A stretch of DNA of 64,000 bases. Source: Abditibacterium sp. GTDB taxonomy: Bacteria > Armatimonadota > Abditibacteriia > Abditibacteriales > Abditibacteriaceae. Both the position numbers and the translations under genes were made by a program. The notes under the pieces were generated by a model. That model worked only from the letters and a program-made list of their open reading frames with translations. It had not been told where the DNA came from and did no database searches. Each line of letters starts with the position of its first letter. The first letter of the stretch is position 1. Below are positions 10,174-19,242 of this stretch, piece after piece. The stretch is from NCBI GenBank assembly GCA_965246885.1, contig OZ251992.1, forward strand, positions 2,752,001 to 2,816,000, given 5' to 3'.

Positions 10174-10237
10174 GATTGGAAGAGGGCGGTAGCCCCGCCT
10201 CACTTTCTAGGAGCGGGGCTACCGCCCTCTTCCAATC
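10174..10237. repeat. Long palindrome (25-bp perfect arms); REP-like element or terminator
   Basis: gattggaagagggcggtagccccgc ... gcggggctaccgccctcttccaatc. Confidence 0.8.
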
Positions 10238-10263
10238 AACCCCTCGTCTGCCAAACTGGGCGT

Positions 10264-11208
10264 ATGTTTTCCGTTGCGCCTTGGGAAGTGGAATCGGATG
10301 CTTGCGAGGTAGTGGGGTTTGACTCGCCTGAGTGGAACGGCGAGGAGTGGGAATTGGCTCTTGTGGACTGCGGGGATCGGTTTAATCATACCGTTTTGTT
10401 CCGACGTTCAGGCGGGCCATTTCTTCGGCTGACATGGACAATACCATTCCAAAAAGAGAGTCGCGCTGTTGAGCCGGATGCTATGCGCCGAACCTTTATT
10501 GAGTGCCAAAACAAAGGGCGTTCCGAAAGAGATTTGTTTCTCGATGGGGCGTTTAGTCTGCGCGGCGAAGGAGAAAAGGCGGCGCACCGAATCATTTTGC
10601 ATCCCGAAGGTGAAGGCTACTTGCTCACCTTAGATGATCGCCGTTCCTATCCGGGGATATTTAAGTGGGAACCACCGACGGGAGCGTGGTTGACGGAAGC
10701 CACAGCCAATGAAGTGATGAGCAGCCTTGAGGAAAACGCTGACTTCCAATATGCTCGCCGCTTTCTCTCGATGTCATACAAGGAACGGTGGCGTGAAGTC
10801 TGGACGTGGAAGCGCGGCAATCAGAGAGAGTTGAAGCAAGTTCTTACATGGGCGCTTCTGGCGCAAGAGGACTTGTGGCAACAGGAAACCAACATCAGAT
10901 TGGATGTGGACTTGTTCCATCTGGACAGGAACTCTGGGGTGATGCTCTACTCCGACCAATTCGCCGTTCAAAGCGCGGAGAATCCGCGCCCTTTACCCAC
11001 TGCGCTCGCACAGGGCATAAACAAGGCGCTTGAGTGGTTCGGGCCTACGATGAACACGCCCCACATTGAGGCGCACCTTTCTTTGGGTCAGCTTCTCGAT
11101 GAAGGCCCTTGGGTTCTCTTCATGGAGCCAAAAGACCCAACCGCCCACGAGCGTCTCGAAGCCGCGCTCTCTTGGCGGGAGTGGTTGGCGCAAACTGGGA
11201 AGCCATGA
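10264..11208 (+). CDS. Hypothetical protein, lower GC than flanks
   Basis: 314-aa ORF whose stop overlaps the purE start (ATGA); no family motif recognised; ends [17 protein letters not shown]. Confidence 0.7.
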   Translation: MFSVAPWEVESDACEVVGFDSPEWNGEEWELALVDCGDRFNHTVLFRRSGGPFLRLTWTIPFQKESRAVEPDAMRRTFIECQNKGRSERDLFLDGAFSLRGEGEKAAHRIILHPEGEGYLLTLDDRRSYPGIFKWEPPTGAWLTEATANEVMSSLEENADFQYARRFLSMSYKERWREVWTWKRGNQRELKQVLTWALLAQEDLWQQETNIRLDVDLFHLDRNSGVMLYSDQFAVQSAENPRPLPTALAQGINKALEWFGPTMNTPHIEAHLSLGQLLDEGPWVLFMEPKDPTAHERLEAALSWREWLAQTGKP

Positions 11209-11696
11209 ACGAACCACTCGTTGGCGTCATTATGGGGAGCCGGAGCGACTGGGAGACGATGCGGCATTGCTGCGAGACGCTCGAATCGCTTGGCATCGCG
11301 TTCGAGACGCGGGTCGTATCGGCGCACCGCACGCCCGATTTGCTCTTCGATTACGCGAAGTCGGCGCAAGGGCGCGGCTTGCAAGTCATCATAGCGGGCG
11401 CGGGCGGCGCGGCGCACTTGCCGGGGATGTGCGCGGCCCGAACCCCGCTCCCCGTATTGGGCGTGCCCGTCCAATCCAAAGCGTTGAACGGCCTCGATTC
11501 GCTGCTCTCCATCGCGCAAATGCCCGCCGGAGTGCCGGTCGGCACGCTGGCGATTGGTCGCGCGGGCGCCGTTAACGCCGCGCTCCTTGCCGCTTCGATT
11601 TTGGCGTTGCACGACGTGGACATTGCCGCGAAGTGGGAGGAGTTCCGGGCGAAGCAAACACAGGACGTGCTGGATAACCCCGACCCGCGCCCCTGA
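11205..11696 (+). CDS. purE: N5-carboxyaminoimidazole ribonucleotide mutase
   Basis: [53 protein letters not shown]. Confidence 0.97.
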   Translation: MNEPLVGVIMGSRSDWETMRHCCETLESLGIAFETRVVSAHRTPDLLFDYAKSAQGRGLQVIIAGAGGAAHLPGMCAARTPLPVLGVPVQSKALNGLDSLLSIAQMPAGVPVGTLAIGRAGAVNAALLAASILALHDVDIAAKWEEFRAKQTQDVLDNPDPRP

Positions 11697-11697
11697 G

Positions 11698-11726
11698 TTG
11701 CGCGTGCGCCGGAGATTCCGTATAAT
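11698..11726 (+). promoter_or_regulatory. Sigma70-type promoter for tRNA-Ala
   Basis: TTGCGC-17 bp-TATAAT ending 13 bp upstream of the tRNA. Confidence 0.7.
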
Positions 11727-11739
11727 CTCTTGCGCGCAG

Positions 11740-11812
<73 letters not shown>

Positions 11813-11817
11813 TATCG

Positions 11818-11849
11818 AACCGCCCGCTTCGGAAGAAGCGGGCTGTTTT
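11818..11849 (+). terminator. Intrinsic terminator after tRNA-Ala
   Basis: gcccgcttc-ggaa-gaagcgggc followed by tgtttt. Confidence 0.7.
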
Positions 11850-11860
11850 CGTTTGTCTCC

Positions 11861-11934
11861 CCGTAGGGACGCTGCTGGCCGCGTCCGCCGTGCGGAATAA
11901 TCTGGCGCGGACGCGGCCAGCAGCGTCCCTACGG
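11861..11934. repeat. GTAG-type REP-like palindrome
   Basis: ccgtagggacgctgctggccgcgtccgc ... gcggacgcggccagcagcgtccctacgg, 28-bp perfect arms. Confidence 0.8.
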
Positions 11935-11943
11935 AGGGCGAGA

Positions 11944-12252
11944 TTAGACCAGCACGGAGGAGTCGGTGTCGCCGGTGTTGTCGCCGCGCTCGGCTATTTC
12001 GCCGGGGAGGTCGCGGGGGTTGAGTGGGACGCCCCGTTCCACGTCGCGCGGGGTTTGGTCGGCGTTTTCGACGCCCTGCCAAAACTCGTCTTGCGGGACG
12101 ACGTGCGGCGAGTGGGGGCCGTTGGGGGTGAGGACTTGCGCGCCGTCCGAAGCGAAGGAGGTGGTGTCGCCGCGCTCGTCGGCGGGAAAGGTGTGGGCAC
12201 GCAGTTCGGCGTTTTCGCCGGGGTTCGATTGTTCGGGTTTGATGTCAGCCAT
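11944..12252 (-). CDS. Small acidic, probably disordered hypothetical protein
   Basis: ATG at 12252 (MADIKPEQSN...), about 102 aa, fills the gap between the palindrome and the atpG terminator. Confidence 0.55.
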   Translation of the reverse strand: MADIKPEQSNPGENAELRAHTFPADERGDTTSFASDGAQVLTPNGPHSPHVVPQDEFWQGVENADQTPRDVERGVPLNPRDLPGEIAERGDNTGDTDSSVLV

Positions 12253-12294
12253 TGGGTTTCTGGCGGCTTGCGGTTGCACGTTTCGGGCCTTGAA

Positions 12295-12336
12295 TCCAAA
12301 AACGCCCCGCAACGGGAAGTTGCGGGGCGTTTTGGA
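12295..12336 (-). terminator. Intrinsic terminator after atpG (likely bidirectional)
   Basis: aaaacgccccgcaac-ggga-agttgcggggcgtttt hairpin. Confidence 0.75.
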
Positions 12337-12345
12337 AGGGGCGGC

Positions 12346-13236
12346 TTAGCCGTTGAGAGCTTCGGCGCCGCCGATGATGTCGAGCAGTTCCTTGGTGATG
12401 CCCGCCTGACGGGTGCGGTTCGCCAAAAGCGTCAGGGCGTCTATCTGCTCGCCCGCGTTTTTGGTGGCGTTGCTCATCGCCGTCATACGCGCGCCGAACT
12501 CCGAAGCGGTCGCTTCGAGCAGCAATTGATAGACGCGCGTTTCAACGTAGCGCGGAAGAAGGACGCCCAGTAGCTCCTCGACCTTCGGCTCGAAGATGAA
12601 CTGCGAAGAGGCGCCGCTCGCGTTTTGCGCGGCTGAGGCGTCGGCGGCGGGCGGCTCGATGGGCAGAAACTTCACGTTCTGCGGGCGCTGCACCAGAGGC
12701 GACACGAACTCGGAATAGCAGATATGCACTTCGTCCACTTGGCCCGACGCGAACAGGCCGGTGAGGGTGTTCGAGATGGCGCGGATTTGCTCGTAGGGCG
12801 TTTCCGGCCCGATGCCGCCGAAGTGTTCGACGGGCTTGTAGCCGCGCTTGTTGAAATACTCGCCCGCCTTCTTGCCAACAGTGACGAGGGACACGTTGCC
12901 CGCGCCGTAGCGCGCCAGTTCCGCGTCCACAAAACGGTGCCCCAAGCGCAGGATGTTGGAGTTGTAAGCCCCACATAAGCCCTTGTCGCCCGCGATCACC
13001 ACAACCAGAACGCGGCTGACGTCGCGCGTCGTCAGAAGCGGGTGCGAGAAATCCTTGACGTTAGGCGCGAGCGCCCCGACCAGTTCCGCCATCGTGTTGG
13101 CGTAGGGCTTGCCGCGCTGCACGCGCTCTTGCACGCGCCGCAACTTGGCGGCAGCGACCATTTTCATGGCCTGCGTAATCTGCGCGATGTTTTTCACTAC
13201 GCGGATTTTGCGTTTGATGTCTCGAAGTGATGCCAT
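12346..13236 (-). CDS. atpG: ATP synthase F1 gamma subunit
   Basis: ITQAMKMVAAAKL, DKGLCGAYN, SEFGARMTAMSNAT, RQAGITKELLDIIGGAEAL. Confidence 0.97.
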   Translation of the reverse strand: MASLRDIKRKIRVVKNIAQITQAMKMVAAAKLRRVQERVQRGKPYANTMAELVGALAPNVKDFSHPLLTTRDVSRVLVVVIAGDKGLCGAYNSNILRLGHRFVDAELARYGAGNVSLVTVGKKAGEYFNKRGYKPVEHFGGIGPETPYEQIRAISNTLTGLFASGQVDEVHICYSEFVSPLVQRPQNVKFLPIEPPAADASAAQNASGASSQFIFEPKVEELLGVLLPRYVETRVYQLLLEATASEFGARMTAMSNATKNAGEQIDALTLLANRTRQAGITKELLDIIGGAEALNG

Positions 13237-13247
13237 TGAAAATCAGT

Positions 13248-13463
13248 TTAAGCGAATGCCAAGCGCCGCCCTTTTGGTTCAGGGATGGGGACGCCCATTT
13301 CGCGCGCCGTATCTAACCACAACTCCAGCGCGTCTTGCACGTGCTTGAGCGCCTCTTCCCGCGTTGGCCCGTGCGCTGCGCATCCCGGAAGTTCGGGGAC
13401 TTCGGCGACGACGACGCCGTCTTCTGCGCTCCAGTAGAGAATGATTTCGTAGTGCTGGTTCAT
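13248..13463 (-). CDS. hicB: HicB family antitoxin (short form)
   Basis: YEIILYWSAEDG...VPELPGCAAHGPTREEAL...GVPIPEPKGRRL. Confidence 0.9.
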   Translation of the reverse strand: MNQHYEIILYWSAEDGVVVAEVPELPGCAAHGPTREEALKHVQDALELWLDTAREMGVPIPEPKGRRLAFA

Positions 13464-13717
13464 TCTTCGTCCTCCTGAGGAACAAGGTTATTATTCACTA
13501 ATGCGGCTCTCACTTGGCGAACCTGATAGGACTTCGCGTGTTGCCCATCCCGTTGCAAGTTAACTAAAACCGCCCTTGATACAAAGATGTGGTGGCTACC
13601 GCGCGAACGTTCCGCAGAGCCGAGTCGCAAGAGCAGGTTTCGCAACTCGTTGAAGGGAATGTTCGCGTCGGCGTTACCCGCCAGAATGCGACTGAGAAGG
13701 GCATCGCGTTTACTCAT
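13460..13717 (-). CDS. hicA: HicA family toxin (mRNA interferase)
   Basis: IPFNELRNLLLRLG...RGSHHIF...NLQ...AKSYQVRQV; start overlaps the atpA stop and its stop overlaps the hicB start. Confidence 0.88.
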   Translation of the reverse strand: MSKRDALLSRILAGNADANIPFNELRNLLLRLGSAERSRGSHHIFVSRAVLVNLQRDGQHAKSYQVRQVRAALVNNNLVPQEDEE

Positions 13718-15252
13718 CACACACTCGGTTTGAACTGCCCCAAGAACTCGCCCGCCGCGCTTTTGAGGGCGGCTTCCGAGTCTTTGGAGATGGCTTTCTC
13801 CGACGCGATGGCGGCGACGAGTTCGGGGTAACGCTCGTGGACGTAGGACAGGTATTCCTTTTCAAAGCGGCGCACGTCCTCGACGGGGACGGTATCCATG
13901 AAGCCGTTGGTGGCGGCGAAGATGGACAACACTTGGTCGTTGACGGTATAAGGCGCGTAGTTGGTTTGCTTCATCAGTTCAGTCAAACGTTGGCCGCGCG
14001 CGAGTTGCGCTTGGGTGGATTTGTCCAAGTCCGAGGCGAACTGCGCGAACGCCGCGAGGGAGCGGTACTGCGCCAGTTCCAGTTTCAGCTTGCCCGCGAC
14101 CTGCTTCATCGCTTTGATTTGCGCTGCTGAACCCACGCGCGACACGCTCAGCCCCGCGTTGATGGCGGGACGGACGCCCGCGTTGAAAAGGTCGGTCTCC
14201 AAGAAGATTTGGCCGTCGGTGATGGAGATGACGTTAGTCGGGATGTAGGCCGAAATGTCGTTGGCCTGCGTTTCGATGATCGGGAGCGCGGTTAAGCTGC
14301 CGCCGCCGAGCGACTTGTGCAGCTTCGCGCTGCGCTCCAACAAGCGTGAGTGCAAGTTGAACACGTCTCCCGGATACGCTTCGCGGCCCGGAGGACGGCG
14401 CAAAAGCAGCGACATGGCGCGGTAAGCGACGGCGTGCTTCGAGAGGTCATCATATACGATGAGCGAGTGCATCGAGTTGTCGCGGAAGTATTCGCCCATT
14501 GCGGTTCCGGCGAAGGGCGCGATGTATTGAAGCGGGGCGGAATCGTTGGCCGAGGCGACGACGATGATGGTGTATTCGAGCGCGCCCGCCGCTTCCAACT
14601 GCGAAACGAGCGCGGCGATGGTGGACTGCTTTTGGCCGATAGCGACGTAGATGCAATACACGTCCTGCCCTTTCTGGTTGATGATGGCGTCAATGGCGAC
14701 GGCGGTTTTTCCGGTTTGGCGGTCGCCGATAATCAGTTCGCGCTGGCCGCGCCCAACGGGAATCATGGCGTCAATGGCCTTAATTCCGGTTTGCATCGGC
14801 TCTTTGACGCCCTCGCGCTCCATCACGCCGGGAGCGCGCACTTCAATCAAGGCGCGTTGGTCGGTGACGACCGGGCCTTTGCCGTCAATTGGTTCGCCGA
14901 GGGCGTTCACGACGCGGCCAAGCAACGCTTTGCCAACGGGAACATCAGCGATGCGGCCCGTCGTTTTGACGACGGTGCCTTCCTCAATGTGGTTGTAATC
15001 GCCCGCGATAACCACGCCGACGTTGTCTTCTTCGAGGTTGAGGGCGATGCCCATCGTGGGCAAACCCGTCGCGGGCGAGGGCGGAAATTCGAGCAATTCG
15101 CCCGATTTGGCGCCCTGCAAGCCGTAGACGCGCGCGATGCCGTCGCCCACTTCGAGGACGGTGCCGACATCCACCATTTGCAGGTCGGTGTCCAGTCCGC
15201 CTTCCAACTCGCGTTGGAGGATAGAGGTAATTTCTTCAGGTCGAATTGCCAT
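13717..15252 (-). CDS. atpA: ATP synthase F1 alpha subunit
   Basis: [42 protein letters not shown]. Confidence 0.98.
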   Translation of the reverse strand: MAIRPEEITSILQRELEGGLDTDLQMVDVGTVLEVGDGIARVYGLQGAKSGELLEFPPSPATGLPTMGIALNLEEDNVGVVIAGDYNHIEEGTVVKTTGRIADVPVGKALLGRVVNALGEPIDGKGPVVTDQRALIEVRAPGVMEREGVKEPMQTGIKAIDAMIPVGRGQRELIIGDRQTGKTAVAIDAIINQKGQDVYCIYVAIGQKQSTIAALVSQLEAAGALEYTIIVVASANDSAPLQYIAPFAGTAMGEYFRDNSMHSLIVYDDLSKHAVAYRAMSLLLRRPPGREAYPGDVFNLHSRLLERSAKLHKSLGGGSLTALPIIETQANDISAYIPTNVISITDGQIFLETDLFNAGVRPAINAGLSVSRVGSAAQIKAMKQVAGKLKLELAQYRSLAAFAQFASDLDKSTQAQLARGQRLTELMKQTNYAPYTVNDQVLSIFAATNGFMDTVPVEDVRRFEKEYLSYVHERYPELVAAIASEKAISKDSEAALKSAAGEFLGQFKPSV

Positions 15253-15306
15253 GATGGGTTCAAGTGTCTACTTTTTACTTTAGTCAGAGGGGTTAGTTCT
15301 CTCCTC

Positions 15307-15858
15307 TCACGTCACCTTCACGCGCTTCAAGCGTTCGCCGATGCGCTCTATCTGGGTTCGCACGGTCGCATCCAGCAGTTTGTCGCCCACCCGCACGCGG
15401 ACGCCGCCCAGCACTTCGGGGTCAACGCGCGCGCGCAGGCGGGCTTTGACGCCGAACTTTTGCAGGAGCGCGGCTTGCAGTTGGGCGACTTGCTCCGATG
15501 AAAGCGGGGTGGCCGACACAACTTCCGCGTCGGCCTCGCCCCGAAACTCGTCGGCCAACCGATTGAACTCGCGCACGATTTGCGGGAGCATGACGGCGCG
15601 GTTCTTTTCGACGACGAGAAAGAGGAACTTCTCGACATCGGGCCGAATTTGCGCGCCAAACACCTGACGGAGGATGCTCTTCTTCTTATCGAGTGTCAGA
15701 AGCGGATGGTGCATGACGCCCATCAGGTCGCGCGAATGGGCGGCCACATCCGCGACTTCGCCCAAGTTCTGCGCAACCGCTTCGACCACGCCGCGCTTCT
15801 GGGCCATGCCAAACAGGGCGGCGGCGTAGCGCCGCGCGACGGAAATATCGCCGTTCAT
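15307..15858 (-). CDS. atpH: ATP synthase F1 delta subunit
   Basis: VARRYAAALF, VVSATPLS, VDPEVLGGVRVRVGDKLLDA; operon position. Confidence 0.95.
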   Translation of the reverse strand: MNGDISVARRYAAALFGMAQKRGVVEAVAQNLGEVADVAAHSRDLMGVMHHPLLTLDKKKSILRQVFGAQIRPDVEKFLFLVVEKNRAVMLPQIVREFNRLADEFRGEADAEVVSATPLSSEQVAQLQAALLQKFGVKARLRARVDPEVLGGVRVRVGDKLLDATVRTQIERIGERLKRVKVT

Positions 15859-15861
15859 GAT

Positions 15862-16371
15862 TTAGTTCAGCGCCCCGATGCGTGCGATGGCGTCATCTAT
15901 CAACGCGGTTTGGCCGTTCGCGCTCACGTTTTGGCGGGCCGCTTGGGTGGCCATCATCGTCGCCAAGTCCACGATTTGGTTGCGCGACTCGGCGAGCGAT
16001 TTGGCGCGCTCCGCTTCCGCTTCGGCGTGTCCGCGCGCCACAATCGCGGCGGCGTCCTCGTGCGCGCGGGCCACCATTTGGTCGCGCGCGGCTTGAGCTT
16101 CGCGCACGGCGACTTGGATTTTGTCGCGCGCTTCGTCTTCGATGGCCGCTAACTTTTGCTCGTAGTCACGCTGAAGCGAAATCATGCGGTTGCGCGAGGC
16201 TTCGGCTTCGTCCAAGTCGCCGCGAATCTTGTCTTGACGCGCGTTAAGCGTGCCCACGAGCGGTTTGAACGCGAAGTTCATCAGCACGTACAGCAGAATG
16301 AGAAAGCCGACGAGCGAAACGAGGATAAAGCGCGGGTCAATGCCGAGCGTTTGGAGGATGGATGAAAGCAT
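15862..16371 (-). CDS. atpF: ATP synthase Fo b subunit
   Basis: N-terminal TM, FAFKPL...RQDKIRGDLDEAE, coiled coil; operon position. Confidence 0.93.
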   Translation of the reverse strand: MLSSILQTLGIDPRFILVSLVGFLILLYVLMNFAFKPLVGTLNARQDKIRGDLDEAEASRNRMISLQRDYEQKLAAIEDEARDKIQVAVREAQAARDQMVARAHEDAAAIVARGHAEAEAERAKSLAESRNQIVDLATMMATQAARQNVSANGQTALIDDAIARIGALN

Positions 16372-16446
16372 GTTTCTGGGTCGCGGGCGAGAAAGAGGCG
16401 GCGAAAAGCGCGGCGCCGGGGTCGCGCTTTTCGCAGTTGTAGCCGC

Positions 16447-16719
16447 TTATTTGGTAGCGATGTGCGAAAGCACGTCGGCGGCAGCCGGGAGCTTGCCTTG
16501 CAAGATGAAAAACATGAGCAGCGCGTAAATGACGAGCGACTCGATGAGCGCCAAACCGATGATCATCGCGGTTTGGATGGTGCCCGCCGCTTCGGGTTGA
16601 CGGGCCATGCCCTGAACGGCGCCGTAGATGGCGATGCCCTGTCCCAGACCCGCGCCGATAACGGCGATAGGCAAACCGAGGCCAGTGGCGAGTGCGAGAT
16701 GTCCGAAATAATTTTCCAT
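16447..16719 (-). CDS. atpE: ATP synthase Fo c subunit
   Basis: GAGLGQG...ARQPEA...LALIESLVIYALL. Confidence 0.97.
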   Translation of the reverse strand: MENYFGHLALATGLGLPIAVIGAGLGQGIAIYGAVQGMARQPEAAGTIQTAMIIGLALIESLVIYALLMFFILQGKLPAAADVLSHIATK

Positions 16720-16803
16720 AGTGATGGTTCCTGTCTATAAGCCCAGCCCAAGGCCGGGATTTTAACGCGCACGAGGCGCGGTAAAAACAAAGTCTGTCCT
16801 CTC

Positions 16804-17901
16804 TTACCCTACAATCGCTTCAGCCGGATGGCCAACGAGGACGTGCTTGCCGTTCAAATCAGTCGCGTGCTCGGTCGAAGGATGACCGTGCCCGTCCTCG
16901 TGGTGCGTGGCGAAGATGGAGATGTAAATTGAAAGCAGCGTCGAGAAAACGAGCGCTTGCAAAAAGCCAAAGAAGGTTCCGAGGAACAGCATTGGCAGTT
17001 GAAACGGAATCGGCAACCACGCGGGCAAGAACGCGAGCGCCAAGCCCACCAGCGTCGCCACGACCGCTTCCTCACCGAACACGTTGCACAGCAAACGCAA
17101 GGAAAGCGAGAGCGGCTTGATGAGTTCGCCGACCAAGTGGAGCGGGAAGTTCAATGGCGCGAGCCAAAGCGGTTCACCCACGAAGTGCATGAACCACGAC
17201 TTAAGGCCAGTTTCCTTGATAGCGATGACGTGCACCGACACAAAAGCGACGATGGCAAGCGAAATCGGAATGGCCGGTTGCGCCGAAGCTGCGAGCATCC
17301 CCGGAATTAACCCAAGCCAGTTGGAAACGAGAATGGTAAAAAAGAAAGAGGCAATGAGCGGCGTGTATTTGCGGGCGAGGTCGTTGCCCATTACGCCAAT
17401 CAGATAGTCCTGAAAGGCCGCGACCGCCGCTTCGACCAAGTTCGCCGACGAAGCGGGCTTACCTTCGGGCCGAATCTTGGCTTTGCGCGCCGCCCCGACC
17501 AGAAGAAGCGCGAGCAAACCCCACAAAAGCGGCGTATAAAGCAGGAAGTCGTATTTGGCGACGTAGTGCGCTTCCTTGCCGGGAGCGGGGCTTTCGCCCG
17601 TGAGCCGGTCGGCTTTTTCCTGCTCCGATTCAAAGAGCGGCGCGATGAAGTGGCGCGCGGGATAGTTAAACCACGTGCCGTGTTCCGGCTCGAAAACAGG
17701 GCGCGGGCCTTCGGCTTTTTCGCTTGTTGCATGGCCACTCGCTTCGCCGCCACTTTCGGTCTCAGTCGCCGAAGCGACAGCGCCGCCGCTTTGCCCTTGC
17801 ACGGGCGCGGCGGAATTTTGCGCCCACACGCGCGGCGCGGTCAACGTCAGCATCGCCCACAATAGCGCGCCCAAAACTCCCGAACGAAAAAAGCGATTCA
17901 T
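16804..17901 (-). CDS. atpB: ATP synthase Fo a subunit with N-terminal signal-like extension
   Basis: FFTILVSNWLGLIPG, KPLSLSLRLLCNVFGEE, GFLQALVFSTLLSIYI; ATG at 17901 follows the atpI stop. Confidence 0.93.
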   Translation of the reverse strand: MNRFFRSGVLGALLWAMLTLTAPRVWAQNSAAPVQGQSGGAVASATETESGGEASGHATSEKAEGPRPVFEPEHGTWFNYPARHFIAPLFESEQEKADRLTGESPAPGKEAHYVAKYDFLLYTPLLWGLLALLLVGAARKAKIRPEGKPASSANLVEAAVAAFQDYLIGVMGNDLARKYTPLIASFFFTILVSNWLGLIPGMLAASAQPAIPISLAIVAFVSVHVIAIKETGLKSWFMHFVGEPLWLAPLNFPLHLVGELIKPLSLSLRLLCNVFGEEAVVATLVGLALAFLPAWLPIPFQLPMLFLGTFFGFLQALVFSTLLSIYISIFATHHEDGHGHPSTEHATDLNGKHVLVGHPAEAIVG

Positions 17902-17903
17902 GT

Positions 17904-18389
17904 TTATTTGCGATTCAACGTGCGCCGAAGCAAAAGCCCCGCGACTTGGCACAGTAAAACTAACTGCCCTGCGAAAAAGCCTAAGCCGAACGGCGCCAGT
18001 TTGAGCCATCCAAGCGAATTGGCGGCCCACAAAGCGGCTCCGACCGCGATAAACTTGAGCGGCAAGAGCAAAACTACCAGTAGTTTTGCACCCAACCCGC
18101 CCGTTTCCGTCGCGGGCCTCAGGAGCGAGCGCACCGACGCTTCCTGCGCGCGTAGCAACAGCGCCGCCAATCCCATACCCGCCGCGAACGACCCAGTGGC
18201 CACCAACGTGCCGAAGCCAAACCCCGCTATCACCGTCATGAGCAGGCCAAACAAGAACATCGCCCGATACACGCGGCGCAAAAAAGCGGCGTCGAAAGGC
18301 GAGGCCGCCCTTGGCGCCGGAATATAGGTATTTGGTTTTTCCTCGCCCACCGTCTGACCAAAAAGCGGGGGCGGAACTAAGGTTTTCAT
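17904..18389 (-). CDS. atpI: ATP synthase subunit I-like membrane protein
   Basis: Four hydrophobic segments; lies between the atpZ-like gene and atpB. Confidence 0.7.
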   Translation of the reverse strand: MKTLVPPPLFGQTVGEEKPNTYIPAPRAASPFDAAFLRRVYRAMFLFGLLMTVIAGFGFGTLVATGSFAAGMGLAALLLRAQEASVRSLLRPATETGGLGAKLLVVLLLPLKFIAVGAALWAANSLGWLKLAPFGLGFFAGQLVLLCQVAGLLLRRTLNRK

Positions 18390-18880
18390 TTGTCTTTCGC
18401 GTCACCGTCCCCTTCTTCGAGCAAGCGTTTCAGAATCTCTTCGGTGCTTTCCCCGCTCTGCGCGCTCTTGGGCGGTGCCCCCGACTCCTCGAAAGGCGGC
18501 GGCGGCACTTGGAAGATGCGCTCGCGCTTGGGCAGCGGCGCCTGCTCCTCCAAAGAGGAAGGCGCCGGAGCGAGCGGCGTGGACGCGATCTTCTCTTTGC
18601 GGCGTTGCTCCTCGCCTTTTTGCACTCGCTGCAACACCACCCACATTTCCCGGAACCCCGCCCCGACGCCCACCAAAAAGAGGAGGGGCAACCAGTAGCT
18701 CGTTTTAAAGTGCGAGTCGAGCAAAAAGCCCGCGCCCGCGCCCGCCGCGATGCAACCGACGAGGGTGAAACCGACCGTATACGCTTCCCAGCCGCTCGAC
18801 CCCATCGCTTGGGTTCGCACCAGAAACGGCAGTTTCGATGGCTTGGGGTCGCGCTTTTCGGAATTGTCGTCGGACGGCAT
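18386..18880 (-). CDS. atpZ: AtpZ/AtpI family protein with charged Pro-rich C-terminal extension
   Basis: VGFTLVGCIAAGAGAGFLLDSHFKT.YW...LVGVGAGFREM motif; first gene of the atp operon. Confidence 0.8.
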   Translation of the reverse strand: MPSDDNSEKRDPKPSKLPFLVRTQAMGSSGWEAYTVGFTLVGCIAAGAGAGFLLDSHFKTSYWLPLLFLVGVGAGFREMWVVLQRVQKGEEQRRKEKIASTPLAPAPSSLEEQAPLPKRERIFQVPPPPFEESGAPPKSAQSGESTEEILKRLLEEGDGDAKDK

Positions 18881-19035
18881 CGCAGGGTATCGGGAAAATC
18901 GCCATTTATTTTGCCCGTGTCTGCCTCTCAGGTCAAGGCAAAAGCGCCCAAAAACCGGAGTTATAAAGAGAACCCGCGTAGTGCGGCCCGCTTTCGGCGC
19001 CCTTCGCGGGTGGAAAGCGGAGCGCCGTTCCCCAT

Positions 19036-19200
19036 CCGCCGAGTCGCGGCGAGGAAAAAATTAACCGTGCCGCCCGGCCGCCGAGTCGCGGCGAGGAAAA
19101 AATTAACCGCGCCACCGAGTGACCGGGTTGATTCTTTCGGTCGCCCATGCGCGCCGACGAAAGAATTAACCCGGCGGACGGTTCGCCCACGTACGCCGGC
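19036..19200. repeat. Mosaic array of 21-nt modules (42-bp direct repeat plus hairpin)
   Basis: ccgccgagtcgcggcgaggaaaaaattaaccg at 19036 and 19078; hairpin ccgggttgattctttcg...cgaaagaattaacccgg at 19123-19174. Confidence 0.85.
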
Positions 19201-19242
19201 CACTAACTGGGGCGCGTTTTCGGCTAAACCAAGGGGGTGGAA

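Noticed and set aside
16804..18405. 533-aa AtpB as given by the ORF track
   Set aside because: The upstream part overlaps atpI in another frame; ATG at 17901 fits the operon spacing.
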